Shown piece by piece: positions 51,501 through 64,000 of a stretch of DNA of 64,000 bases; within the stretch, counting starts at the first letter, position 1, and each line of letters opens with the position of its first letter. The translations under genes and the position numbers were made by a program. This stretch comes from Antedon mediterranea (lineage: Eukaryota; Animalia; Echinodermata). The stretch covers positions 5,885,812 through 5,949,811 of the forward strand of contig NC_092675.1 of the NCBI RefSeq assembly GCF_964355755.1, written 5' to 3'. Under the pieces are notes generated by a model. The model was not told the DNA's origin and did no database searches. It saw only the letters and a program-made list of their open reading frames with translations.

Positions 51501-54500
51501 ATTTTGTATTCCTTTGTAGATTTGGTATAATGAAAGTGATGTAGTAGCAAGTTGGAAGGCTTTCCTCAAAGCTGTAGACAAAGTAAAAATCTCTAGATTA
51601 TTCAGGTCAGTATAATCCAGTGATATGTAAAGCCGAAGGCTAGATGGTAATCTTCTAATGTTATCGCGGCTTAAAAGTGATTCTCCATGGAGAGGAAAAA
51701 ACTAACAAGATGGCGGCTGCAATCGACCAATCAGATATGCACTACGCAGTACGCACTACTACGCCTGTGTTGAGCCTATCTGCGTGAGAACGATACGCAA
51801 CGCAGCGCGTTAAGCGTATAAACGCGAACGCATTCTATGATCCTCATATACAAAAAATGCTATATTACCAAGAAATTATTAATCTATTGCGATTAACAAT
51901 AATTATATTTAATATTATAAAAACTTCACTGTGCTTTGACAAGAATATGTGTGTGAATTTATGTGGTGTTAATGTATTATTTTAGATTATTATTTTTTAT
52001 ATTAAATAATGTTTTTGAACACATTTACGACCGCCATCTTGTTGGTTCCCCTCCTGTTGGAATCAATTTTCAGTCTGGAGTGTGCCTTCTAGCCTTCGGC
52101 TTAATATCTCGATGGTATAATCAATTTAATTAATACAATATTTGCTTGATCTTTATGAAAGTGATAAAAGATTAACTTAAATTGATTGATTTTTACTATG
52201 TTAAGTTTTGTCTACACTATCAAACTTTATGTGACAAAAAAAAATTTGAGGTGCCCGTATATGGACATGATGATGTCATATCACTACCATATTTAAGCAG
52301 ACACTACCATATTTGGGCACATCACACATTTTTTGTCAAACTAGTTTGATATTATGTAAACAGAGCTATACTACTTCTTTTCATGTGCAATTTTTTTTAT
52401 ACCTTGAATTTTATATTTATATCTTATACTATTATATATACTTTGTTATGAACAAATACATTTTTTATGTTGTGCTTCACAAAATCAGCGTCATAAGCCA
52501 TGCAATTTTCAATTGTTAAAATTATTTCAGATCTAACATATTAAAAATCAGAATTGTGCTTGCACTCGTTTGCATACAGTAGCTACATCGTTGTCGTATC
52601 TGTTCTTAAATTTTTACTACAGCCCTGAAATAAATGAAATTATTATTGTTTTATACCCTTATTAAATCTTAGAAGCATAGCATAGGCATCCCAAATAAGA
52701 TTATATCTGTAAATTGTTGGCTTTTAAACCTGTTTTGTGTCTATTTTTAAGGTATGATATTGTTGATGTCACACGACAGGTACTTCAGGATGTTGCATAT
52801 CATGTTTACACTAACATAATGAATGGATATAAAACAAACAATTACACAGCTGTTGAGTGAGTTTTTCTTTGATATTGTCTGAACTTATTGTGGTCTCTCT
52901 GTCAAATAAGTGGATGTAATTATTATTATTATTACATTTTGACGATAAAGAAATGTGTAATATCTCTTTACTTCTTGAATCTAGTACTTATGGTGATATG
53001 TTACTTGAGTTGCTGTTGGACATGGATAGAATACTATCTTCTCATGAGGACTGGTTGCTAGGGAAATGGCTTGTTGCGGCCAAGCTGCTTGCTACCAATG
53101 CTGAGGTAATCAATGACAATATTAAGCAATGATTAAAAAAATAAATCAGGAAATAGAGTTGAGCATTCTTACACCTACGCACCCTGATATAAAATGTCTG
53201 GATGTACTTCAATTCAATTCCATTATTTTATTTTCGTCAAACACTCTGTTTCAAAAATTGTCTTGCGTGTCACTTACATAAGTATGATAAAATGAGTAAA
53301 ATATAGACAGTACGACACCAAAGGATAAAAAACAAATGCAAATACTAAATTTTAAGAAATGTACAAGTAGCTAAACTCCTGTAGCTAAGCTTATTGATAA
53401 GAATGAATGACTGGTTCTTAAAGCTCTGTCTACACTATCAAACTTTATGTGACAACATAATTTGATGTGCCAATATAAGGATATGATGGTGTCATATCAC
53501 TATCATATTTGGGCACATCATACTGATGATACAGATGATGATAATTAAGTTTTTAATCTCTTTTTATTTTTAGGAACAGAAGCTATATGAGTTCAATGCC
53601 AGAAATCAAATTACTCTTTGGGGTCCCAATGGTGAGGTAGGTATACATGTCCTTGCAACATCTTACTCAGTAACAGATAAAGCATTTTACCTAATAGGCA
53701 TAGATCCAACTTCGTCACAGTTCATCCCACATCACTGATTCAAATAGCAATGTTATAAGAAAGTATATATTTATTTTCTTGAAAATCATAATTTTCTAAA
53801 AAACTTGTGTTGAATTCTGTACACTGTAGTACAACTAAGTAGAACCTCTAGAAACGGGACACCTTCAGGACCCAATAAAGTGTCCCTTTAATAGGGGTGT
53901 CGTCTTATTAGTGGTTGACAATGATATTAAATTATATGTTGCCCCTTGTTTGTCTAAAGTGTACCCTTAATAAGATTAATTTGGGTTCTCTACTGTATTA
54001 GTGTTTATTATATAAAAGTGTAATAACAACTTATTACTTTAAAGTATTAAAATACTTTATAGAGAATTGTACTATTTTATTTCTATTTATCTTAGATTCT
54101 GGACTATGGAAATAAACAATGGGGAGGTTTACTTAAATCGTAAGTACAATAAGTATACATAGATTGTTAGTTTTTCTTTTCCTTATAAATCCAAAACTTT
54201 ATGTTGAAATTTTATTTTGTAATTGGAAGAACATTTGTTTTTTAGAGTTTTTATAATCGTTATCTACATTATGCTATATACAGTCAGGAAAGAGTGATTT
54301 CGCTCTTCCCTGATACATATTTTGATTTACATATTTTTATATACATATTTTTTAATATTGTGCATTTATCTTTATTTAGTTATTATTATGATCGATGGAA
54401 ACTGTACATAGATACACTACTGAATTGTGTAGTGACAAAGCATAAATTCAACCAAACAGTCTTCAATGAGCAAAGCCTAATGTTAGGTCAAGCTTGGACC

Positions 54501-55037
54501 AAAGATACAACAATTTATCCAGTCATTCCTACAGGTTGGTGTCTAAATTTATTTTGTTTACGTTGGTTTTTTTTTCTCTTTTGTGGGGGCAGCCCACTTT
54601 TATTGCACAGATTGTGCTTTGTTTGAATACTTTGATAACATTTTCAAAGTCTTACATTGATAAATAAAGACATTTTGAACATAATATTTCTCTCATGATT
54701 TACATGAATTATATGATCAAAAAACAAACTAATATATGTTACAACGTTGTTGACAGTTATCAGTGTCACTCTTTTGCCAACTCAAATTGAGTGCTCTATA
54801 TACATATACTATTCAATTTATTTATTTCCCTCATTGGCACTGACAAAATTGGCAGGTATTTTATCATCTGCTGATTCTTGAGTACATTTGAATTTAAACA
54901 TATTTTTTCTATTTATAATGTGGTTTTATTTTATAGGGGATACTATTGAGATATCAAGACAACTATACAGTAAATATGAAACCAGTTTCAAGGAAATCAA
55001 TCGGAAAATAAGGAAACAACATGAAAGAAAGCAATGA
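42508..55037 (+). CDS. NAGLU: Alpha-N-acetylglucosaminidase (GH89), 19 coding exons
   Basis: Exons 42508-42571, 42678-42841, 43558-43739, 44352-44570, 45113-45274, 45739-45804, 46382-46445, 46601-46674, 48350-48507, 49280-49429, 50232-50374, 50812-50965, 51520-51605, 52752-52856, 52985-53105, 53574-53636, 54096-54139, 54380-54534, 54937-55037. Motifs [49 protein letters not shown] and SPEGI (catalytic Glu pair), [30 protein letters not shown]. Confidence 0.95.
44605..45050. repeat. Imperfect (ACT)n microsatellite in NAGLU intron 4
   Basis: ~450 bp of actactact with variants. Confidence 0.95.
45336..45496. mobile_element. Harbinger-type MITE (AGCTCTGTCTACACTATCAAAC TIR, TAA TSD)
   Basis: TAA flanks both ends. 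Related copies at ~22060-22200, 52204-52367, 53422-53520, 57098-57150 and ~10450-10490. Confidence 0.8.
45968..46202. mobile_element. Tc1/mariner(pogo)-type MITE
   Basis: ta-ccgtatatcctctggta...tacctgaggatataccg-ta imperfect TIRs. Confidence 0.6.
46743..47100 (+). mobile_element. Tc1/mariner-type MITE end with internal tandem repeats
   Basis: TA-CAGTAAAACTCC start followed by 4-5 repeats of gggacacccctattaagggga...gtgaaatgaacgagggga. Confidence 0.55.
47150..47510. repeat. ~180-bp tandem duplication (2 copies)
   Basis: tatctgggcatttaaaattcaccat...tattatgtacaagctgat repeated. Confidence 0.8.
47732..48069 (+). mobile_element. Kolobok-like MITE copy
   Basis: TIR agatgtattgtccc / gggacaatacatct with ttaa/ttag-like flanks. 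Confidence 0.65.
48544..48904. mobile_element. Tc1/mariner(pogo)-type MITE with TA TSD
   Basis: TIR ccgtattgtttctaataaacgcccc / ggggcgtttattagaaccaatacgg; internal sequence repeated at ~18720-18870. Confidence 0.8.
49855..50098. mobile_element. Foldback/MITE with ~50-bp imperfect TIRs
   Basis: ccgtacagccatcgccgtaaattgctgtgacgtcaca...tgtgatgtcacagcaatttacggcgacggcagtacgg. Confidence 0.6.
51108..51398 (-). mobile_element. tRNA-derived SINE (Deu/Nin-like core)
   Basis: A box gtggcgcagtg, B box ggttcgaatcc, tcctaaggcaagatactt, ctctccacccaggtgtataaatgggtacc, (ATT)n tail. Confidence 0.75.
51615..52118. mobile_element. MITE with imperfect TIRs
   Basis: aagccgaaggctaga ... tctagccttcggctt, plus the internal pair caagatggcgg / ccgccatcttg. 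Confidence 0.55.
52204..52367. mobile_element. Harbinger-type MITE copy
   Basis: tgtctacactatcaaac...gtttgat...aaacagagct, same internal sequence as 45336-45496. Confidence 0.7.
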
Positions 55038-56316
55038 GCAATTTATATAATTGGTATTCCCAATAAGCCATTTGTTTAAGTTACAAAAGATTGAATTTCT
55101 CAGAACTTATTTTCTTTAAATTTTATAAGAAACTTGTTTTTTTTAATACAAATATTGAACCTATACAGTTTATGTTCAAACATATGATATCCAATCTCTA
55201 ATAAAATAATGTACAATATAAAATACATTTTGTTATTTGCACTTTACTATGATTTATATTATTTAATGTAGTTGCTGGTCACTAGTTTCTTTTTTTTTAT
55301 TTTATATATAATTATTATTATCAGAATAAATAAATGTTTGTGTGTTATAGTGATTATAAATAGATAATTGAACTATAGAGTATCAGATATGCAAGGATAT
55401 TTCAATGTATTGAGTAGTATACACCTTTTTTGGTCATATCATACGTACAATTGTCATTGAATTTCAAATAGATGTTTCGAAATTGGTTTCAGCAGAGCAT
55501 TGCAATATCAAAGATTATACAATCTTTGCTATAATTATGAACAGCGCCGCCTTTCCGATTTTTCACGAAAAAAAAAATCTTTCAAGCGTGAACTAAACAA
55601 CATAAACTTTTACAAGTAAGAAGGAGAGAAAAAAAGATTTAATCTGGTCAGAAAGTCATGTAAGATTTAATTAAGATGATTAATAATATCACAATTGATA
55701 AAGGTTGCTCATGATTCTATGTAATGTAGTCAAGGCGGCCTAGGCTAGACAGAGATGCTTATAGCCTAGCCTAGGCTATATGTTGTTGTAGGCCAGACGT
55801 GGCAGGCTTACTTACTTACTAACTAGTACTAGTCTAGGCCTAGCCTTCTACTACTAGGGCCAGGCATAGGCCTAGACCATGGTCCAACTAGCCAGTAGGT
55901 AGGGCCCTCTTAACTCATAGTAAGCAAGCTAATAGGCTGGCAGAGAGACTATAAGCCTAAGTAAGGATGAATAGATGAGAGAAAGACTCTTAGTATAGTC
56001 TTACTTACTTTACTTATACTTATAATAGTATGTGTCTTACTTTTGTAAAAAGGATTTCAGAAAACAACATTATTTGTATTAATAAAAAAATTAGATATTA
56101 AAACATAATTTAAAGATTTCAATAGTCCATGCATCAAATTCGTTTCCCATCGACAAAGTCTATGTCCTTAATTTTTTTCTGTCAGCACAGGTTGGTCAAC
56201 TTGCAATAGAAAATAATAATTTACATGCATGGTTGACCATGCCGATAGATCATATAGCTTTTTACACTTATTTTTAAATTATTTTAGAATCTCAAGGAAT
56301 ATTCTGATACCAATTA

Positions 56317-59300
56317 ATGAAGACTAAACACATATGGCGTCTGTTGATGTTGTTGTTCCTGCTCACCATACTCTTTGTAGTTGAGTCCATTCTTTTACTC
56401 CCTATCCAATGGAACACAAATAGTCAATCCCGTCCAATGGCAAAAAGTCGTCAGGAGCGTGAATCAAAGATTGAGCATGCTATTTTTCGGCACAAACTCA
56501 TTCAAGCAAAACGAAACAGATCGAAAAACAGCGTGGCCATTGATTCAACAAGCCTCCACCTACCAAAACATTTGCTACCTCCAAAAAAGGCCAATACCTC
56601 ATTTTCTAATATTGCCTCTCGGATGCTAGACTGTGAAGATGTTCTTGAGATGAGTTTAGTAAAACGAATCGGCAGGGGTACTACCAAAGAGGTATGGAAA
56701 GCAACTTATCAGGGTAAAGAAGTTGCCATTAAGATGGTCTCTCATTCTGTTGCTGATATCAAGATGTGTATGAACAGAATAGGAAATCAAGATAGAGAGG
56801 AACAGCGAAGGTGCTATATATTTGCCAATTACAAACTAATGAAGGAGATATCATTACTAATGGATTTAAAACATTCTAACATAATCAAGGTATGTCAAAA
56901 AAGATACGAGAGCTTTTGATTTGCAATAAGACCTACAAATTGATGTGTCATCTGCACCTACAAACCGCCAAAACTGTGACAGACAATATAGTGATAATGA
57001 ACATCTCAACATGCGCACAATAACTTGACATTCTGTAACTTATTCCTTCTTAGGTCAACGATTGTTGATCCCTTTTCGAGTATAATTTCACCTCTAAAGC
57101 TCTGTCTACAAAAAAAGTGTAATGTACCAAAATTAACTATGGTTAATATGCAATCAGATTACCTCAGTACCCCTAATTTTCACCAAATTTATATCTATGC
57201 CCCCTGGGACTTATACGGTATATATTTTTTAGTTGAGAGTGTTACTTACAGTACTGTGTGTATTTTTAATTAATTTTGGTTGGATTTTTTTTTTCCTCAG
57301 ATTCTTGGGTATTGCATTCTTCAAGATGAGTCAATATTTGGCGATGATCACAGTATAGTGTCTGTTGTTGAGATTGGCGACAGGCTAAGCAAGAGAAAGG
57401 TTATGAATATGCCATGGTCACAGCGAATACAGGTACACAGTTTTTAATGTTTTTAGATTTCTTTATTCTGATGCTGAAAACTGTTCATCAATACTATCAA
57501 TCAATATATAATGTATATTTTGAGGTTTGCTGCTGAATTTTGAAGTATTGTTTTAAAAGTTTGTTGAAAAAGCTTTAGATTTTAGGTGAGAGGTTGAGGT
57601 TAGTGAAAAGCATGAGATTTAGTTGAGAGCTTGAAGTTGGTGAAAAATCGCGAGATTTTAGGTGACAGCCTGAGGTTGGGGCAAAAACTTGATCCTCGCA
57701 CCAAGTGCGTGAGACTTGACGTTTTTGACTTTCATTATTATCATTTTAAACCTCAAAAAAATGGAAAAAAGGAGGTAGAAAAACAATAAAATCAAAGTAA
57801 AAACAATACAATTATACAGTATTATAGTAATATTTATTTTTATTTAAAAACAGCATTAAACAAACTCTTTTTCCAAGGAGTGGCAAAATAGGAAGTGTTG
57901 CTACAGTAGGCGTGCCACATCAATACTTAAAACATACATAATTCACTTAAAAACATTTAAATATACAGTACATTACAGTACAGAATATACTCAATTTAAA
58001 AAATGTATTCTTTTTTTTTTCTCTAACTTTTATTTTACTTACTCTGAATGCGCCTTCACTGTTTCAAAAGTGTGGCTTCCAAATAAATTATTATTAAATT
58101 ATTATTATTCATTTCTTAACAGTTCAGCATAGATGTATTAACATTGTTACATCATCTAGAGACGTCTTCTATTGGTTCACTCCTATTGGCCGATTTTAAG
58201 ATAAGCCAGATGGTGATAGTGAATGGCACCATGAAACTAGCAGACTTGGATGACATAGCTCCAGAAGAAACCAACTGTACTCAAGATTCCCATTGCCATT
58301 TTGGAAATAGAAACTTAGGTATGTATGTAAGTGAGCGGTTAAGACAGTGGAACCGTAATTACGTAGCCATAACATCGTCAGGGGTTCGAGGCTCACTCAC
58401 TCCATGGTTCTGGTGGTAGAACGAGTCTTCTCACATAAGGACTATAAACCGTAGGTCCAGAGACAAGTAGGAGGTTACCCCAGTGTATTAGTACAACACA
58501 GCCACTGATCATAACTGGGCCCTCTTGGAGACCAGTCTTTGACTGAAGAGGTCGCCCAGTATAAATAAAATATTTCAATTAAGATATTTCAATATACTGC
58601 TTTTGTTTGTAGATGGTGAAATTATTAATGTCAATTTTTTCTTGCTTGAAGTAGGTATTGTTTGATTAGTGGACTTTCAGTTTTGGTTGTTTTTCTTTAG
58701 CTTTCACATTCTCATTTATACATACAGTAATAAGAGAGTGTTGTTGGAGGATGCAAGTCAATAACTTTAGACCCTTTATTTGAAATTCTGACTTGTTGTT
58801 CCTGTTTGAAACATAACATTGAAAGGTTTAAAATATAATATTGAACTATTAGAGAGTCAACTTCTACACAATCACAGTTCAAAAAGCATAAAATATTGTT
58901 GCATGGCATCAGCCCACTATGACGTTGCAGCATCTTGAATTGAACATTATAAATATGAGAACATATTGTTACTTGATGAGCTTTGTATGTAAAAATTTAG
59001 GATTTTATTAAGAAATTATTTCTTTAATATTGACATTCAATGGAATATTAAATATAATTTTAGAAACTGTGGTATTTTTAAAACTAAACAGATATACAGC
59101 GGCCATATTTTATGTTCTATTTGCATAATTCTGCATAAGTTGGCTCTCTAGAAATTTAATAATAATGTTTTTATTGTTTCTATGCACATCACAAAAACAA
59201 AACAAAATTACACTAGTGTAAAATAAAAAGGAAAGTGTGCAAACAGAGGCCAAAATAAGTCGAAACCTGTGGTGCCCATCTCCATTTCTTTAGCGTTTGG

Positions 59301-59974
59301 GCCAGACTCCACTAAAGTGTAAGTTTGTTGGGGGTATGCCACTCTTCCCGCCCAAACGAGTCTGATTTACCTTCCCAGTACTTTTTACATACCGGTACCC
59401 ATTTCTATCACCTGGGTGGGGAGGAACAATGTGGATAGAGAATCTTGCTCAAGGACTCAACACTGCAGTGACCGGGCCGAGGCTTGAACCGACAACCTCT
59501 TGATTGCAAGTCTAATGGTCTAACCACTGCTCCACAGTTTGGAGACAAACTTTAATTCATGGCAACCAGATAAATAAAAAAATAAATAAAAAATAAATAC
59601 AATATTGAAGGTATAGTAGTTTTAACATCTGAATTTCTTTGAAGTCTATAGAAGGTTTCCTAGAAGAGTATCAATACTGAACTCTCCACATGTCTTGAAC
59701 CAACCATGCACTTTACTGTAAGTATCAATTGTCACTCTTTGTCATCTCTCTCTTTCTAGGTGTTCAATGTTCATCATCGATGTGCCATGGTAGAAATTCA
59801 AAATTAAACCTTCTGAGTTTTTTCGAAAAGTTCCATGAAATTATTTTTAAAGACGTACCAGATACTCTTGAAACCGAGGTCAAGGCAGCGGTCAAAAAGT
59901 TAGAGAATCTTCAGGTATCCAGCGGTCAACTTGTTGAAATCTTTAAAACATTCCAAAGAAAATTCACCAAATAA
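56317..59974 (+). CDS. PKDCC: PKDCC/VLK-like secretory-pathway tyrosine kinase (4 exons, ~371 aa)
   Basis: Exons 56317-56889, 57301-57432, 58123-58318, 59760-59974. N-terminal hydrophobic anchor; IGRGTTKEV, VAIKMV, CYIFANYKLMKEISLLMDLKHSNIIKILGYC, SSIGSLLLADFKISQMVIVNGTMKLADLDD and a Cys-rich insert parallel the PKDCC motifs ([41 protein letters not shown]). Orthology versus paralogy is unresolved. Confidence 0.85.
58330..58570 (+). mobile_element. tRNA-derived SINE
   Basis: gagcggttaagac...ggggttcgagg, taaggactataaaccgtaggtcc, ends tataaataaa. Confidence 0.6.
59260..59535 (-). mobile_element. tRNA-derived SINE (Deu/Nin-like core)
   Basis: tggagcagtggttagacc...ggttcaagcc, tccttgagcaaga, ccacccaggtgatagaaatgggtaccgg. 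Confidence 0.75.
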
Positions 59975-62405
59975 TTTAATCGTCTCATTTTTATTTTTCC
60001 AATTACATTTTTACGAAACAAATATTTTATGGAAATTTTAACTAATATTATCAAAGTTAAATTAAAAGGTACATTGTTGAAATTATCTATCTTTTCTAAA
60101 AAGGTATATTTTTATTAACTTCATGTTATTGATGAAGAATTTGAATCAATTATATTACATTTCTCTATTTTACTTTCCTTATATGAAATGAATATATAAA
60201 TGAATGACTTGATATTTTGATAAGAAGATAAAAGTCGCTCTGTCTATACTATCAGTAACATTTATTTTATTAAAATCAATTTGTTAAGAATTAAATTATT
60301 GATTCATGGCTATTAGAAAAATAAGCAATAATTACACATAGCTGTACTGTATACTAATATATGTGATAATTTCTAGGTGCTTTGTTTAAATTAAAAGAGT
60401 AGCTCTGTGTTTAACTTTTTGTTTGTTTTATCAAGTATAAACTTTTACACTGTTAATAACCACACATTTTTTTTTCAATATTGATGAAGCAGAACAAGTG
60501 TTTTGAAATAAGCCCATTTTCAAAAAGTTATGGCGTAAAAAGACTTTTTCGTAATGATATTAAATAGGAAATTCACAAAATGTACTCTTTTTTGTAAATG
60601 TGAGAAAATGAAAAATTATTTAACACTAAAGAACAATCAATTTTATGTAGGAAAATATTATTTTTATTACAATTCGTTACCAGTTAATGATAGTAAGTCA
60701 TTGAAAATCAGTGAAATTCTTTATCTTTTAACATTAAAAAAAAAGTCTTTCTTTTCTTATACCACTCACTTATTTGGGGAAATACTTGTTCTTCTTCACC
60801 GCTGTTGAAATAAAAGTGTTACTAATCAATGTTACAAAGGTTTATATTTTAATTTTTAAAACAATAGATATTTTTAAAACTGGGTTATCCTTTAATAATA
60901 TGAACTATGTGGTTTTGAGCCTTAGGTATTAAATACAATTGCAAATTATCTTGCCAAAGGGATTTTCACAACAGTATGTTCTTTTATAAAATAACAATTT
61001 ATTGCCACTAAATTGCAAATAATTATTTTTAATGTAGAAAAGTATGATTACAGTAATTTACCTAGTATTATATTTCTATTGAAATATGTAAGAAAAATAA
61101 TGTATTAATGATAATATTTTAGTTAATTTAGTAGATTTATATATAATTATTACTTATTTGATGGGTGCTTATTATAATATATTATAATATTTGCAATAAA
61201 ATTACCAAACCAGCATTGGGATGGGTGGTGCTGAAATTTGGGTGTTAGAAGTAAATTGGCTCTTTTTTTTATTGGCCATTTTTTGTCCGCCCGTTTTTAT
61301 TAACACTCCTTTTTATTAGGCTTTTTTATGGTCTGCTTTTTTTATTGCCCTTGTTCCTTTTTTTTAAGGGTTCCGTAATTTATAAATAGATGTTCACTAT
61401 GATGAATTTGAAAGTCTGCTAATGTTAGGCTAAGTTGGAACTGAATTTATATGGTGCGTTGATGAAACCTATGTAGGTGCAGGTTGCTTCTAAACTGTGA
61501 CAATTGGCCTTGACTTCTCTCAACAAAATTTAGAGAATTTGCCAATTGATCTTGGTTAATTAAACGTTTACTCATCTATGTTCATAATCATCATAAAAAA
61601 AAACGTTTTTAAAACGGTTTTCAATCATGATAACAATTATATGCTAATTCTATATTGTGTGTTTGATAAAAATGTATTTATACAGATATAATTTTTAATT
61701 TAACTACCATTTTACAAAGTATAGTTTTGAATTAACACAATTGCAATAAATTAAATTATTAGTTACTTATGTCTATAATCTGTATTTATTTTTACTTGGT
61801 TTAGTTGTCTTTTTTTTAAATAGAAGAATATTTTATAACCGTTAATTAAATTCAAGACGTCAGATTCAGTAAAGATAGACAGTCGCACTTGAAGGCACTC
61901 TAGGCGTTCCATATGAACCTTCCAAAATTGCAACACATGGCTCTGCAGCTGCTGCTGTGTCGTGTGTGAGCGAGTGAATTTCAGCAATAAAAGGCATTTA
62001 AATTACACACATACGGAATGGCCTCTCAACTTTTGCAGTCTCCAAATGATTTTAAAAAGTATAGGTCGGTATTAAATTAATTATTATGTGTATTTTCTTA
62101 GGTAGGCTAAGTTATTCTAATAGTGTACTGCCTAGGCCCTCTTCCCTCTCTCTAGCCGAGGGAAATACTAGACAGCTCACCAACTAGGCTAGGCCTACAG
62201 ACAGCAGGATGACAGGCAGGGAGGCCAACAATGAATAGTGTTCATCGACCAGAGGCCTAGCTCGCCCACCGTGCTGCATAGAACCACAAATTCATGGCAG
62301 GCCAAAAAGGACAAATCTTGATCATATTCATTTCAACCTGCAAAGTGTTTTTATGTTAGGCCTATATGAATGAGCAATTTAAACGATTTACCCAACCGTT
62401 GGGCC

Positions 62406-62847
62406 TGTCGCACCAAAATCAGTCCGGGCCAAAATCGGTCCGGCGGACCAGTTTTGGCTGCCAAAATCAGTCCGGGGGACCATTTATGGCTGCCAAAACC
62501 TGTCCGGCCGGACCAATTTTGGCCGCCAAAACTGGTCCGGCCTGGATAAAATCATGTGAGTGTGTGGCAGGCCGAAATATGAGTGAACACCCAAGTCATG
62601 TTTTTAGATAAAATACATTTATTTATAGTATTTATCCGACAAGATAACTTACTAATATATATCATGGGATATTTTTCTAGCCATAAACAACTTAAAACAG
62701 CATCATAGGCCTAGTAATTCAATTAAAATCGACAGAAGAAAAGCCCGGACCGATTTTGGCAGTGGCGGACTACTTTTGGCCACAATTTTAGAGCTAAAAC
62801 TGGTCCGGCCGGACCGATTTTGGCTCCGGACCATATTTATCGTGACA
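62406..62847. mobile_element. Ginger-like MITE (TGT...ACA, GGCC TSD)
   Basis: GGCC|TGTC...GTGACA|GGCC with subterminal ccaaaa-n-ggtccg repeats in inverted orientation. Confidence 0.7.
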
Positions 62848-62905
62848 GGCCAACTTCACTACTTACTATAGGCCTAGCCCTAGGGCATAATAGACTGATG
62901 ATAGA

Positions 62906-63727
62906 TGTTATGCGCGATTTGAACGATTTGCGCAATTTAAAATTGCGCAAAGAATTCCTTGCGCAATTTGAATTGAAACATCTGTTTCAAATTGCGCAAG
63001 CAACGTATTAAATTGCGCAAGTAATCTGCAAATTGCGCAAGGTTTTTCGACAGATTGTGAAATCATGCACACCCATATTTTCATAGTAATTTCTAAGAAT
63101 GATTCAAAATTAAAGATAATATCGCATTTCCTTATTTTAGTAGTGAAAATATTGTTATTGTTAGCATACCGTCGAAGACCCGACAAAGGACCACAAAGGT
63201 GGTGTTCCCGGCGGGCGGCTAATACTACTCTAGCCAAAGATGCTCTCTAGCCTACTGTATGGCTATGTTTTGATAGCAGGTCTAAACGTTGGTGGCGGTA
63301 GACTATGTTTTGTATTACTACATTAATTTTTGTTATTTTTACATTTATTTTGATTTATTTTAAGTTGCAAATGAGTGATAATATTATTTAATTGTGTATG
63401 CCATTGATGTTGTGTATTATACACATGTTATCTTCGCATTTATTATGTTTCATTTTGAGTTATTAGTTTCTAATAAATTATCATTATTAACCGATCGTCG
63501 ACGTTAGCACGCATTCTGGTAGAATTCTGCTGCGCAATTTGACAATTTTACAAATTGTGCAGCGCAATTTGAAATTGCGCAAGGATTTTCTTGCGCAATT
63601 TGAAATTGCGCAAAAAATTCATTGCGCAATTTCATATTGCGCAAGAATTCTTTGCGCAATTTGAAATTGCGCAAGGAATTTTTTGCGCAATTTCAAATTG
63701 CGCAAATCGTTCAAATCGCGCATAACA
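62906..63727. mobile_element. Ginger-like MITE (TGT...ACA, TAGA TSD) with TTGCGCAA arrays
   Basis: TAGA|TGTTATGCGCGATTTGAACGATTTGCGCAATTT...AAATTGCGCAAATCGTTCAAATCGCGCATAACA|TAGA. Confidence 0.8.
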
Positions 63728-64000
63728 TAGATATTGCACTATGAAATTTCCTTTTAAAAAATGTTAAAGACCCCTTCCCTGCAATTTTGGACGTTTTTTG
63801 GAAAATAATACATATATATCACTTTAAAAACATTAAACCATGTCATTCCTTGTCTTAAATGTACGTTTTATGGTAAATTATGATAAAAAGTGAGAAACAA
63901 TGCACTACCTAAGTAGCTCGCGGCGATCGACCTCTCGTGGACGGTCTCAGGCCTAGCCTAGCTAGGCTTAGTTTTGTAGGCCTAGCTGGTAAACATCGGT

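Noticed and set aside
59470-59535. tRNA gene
   Set aside because: Has A and B boxes but no complete acceptor stem, and continues into a SINE core.
61763-61987. Possible exon or ORF on the minus strand
   Set aside because: No recognisable motif or supporting partner exons within the window.

Overview
AT-rich, intron-rich animal genomic DNA. The gene content and repeat families suggest a marine invertebrate deuterostome such as an echinoderm (inference). I reconstructed five spliced protein-coding genes by hand. Two are tandem, intact 9-exon paralogs on the minus strand encoding a type I membrane protein: signal peptide, F-type (fuco)lectin domain, three HYR domains, TM helix and a short tail. 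The ORF track largely misses their lectin exons, which have diverged far more than the rest of the protein, including the fucose-binding His. The third is a 120-aa secreted precursor: signal peptide, CGP-initiated Pro/Arg-rich peptide, KR site and two EF-hands. The last two are a 19-exon NAGLU and a 4-exon PKDCC/VLK-like secretory kinase. The remainder is a dense mix of mobile DNA: Tx1/L1, L2 and RTE LINE pieces, a BEL/Pao integrase relic, tRNA- and 5S-derived SINEs, Harbinger-, Kolobok-, Tc1- and Ginger-type MITEs, Helentron-like elements and satellites. It also contains a Penelope-type palindrome carrying a minimal hammerhead ribozyme. All exon boundaries were read manually and no database searches were run.
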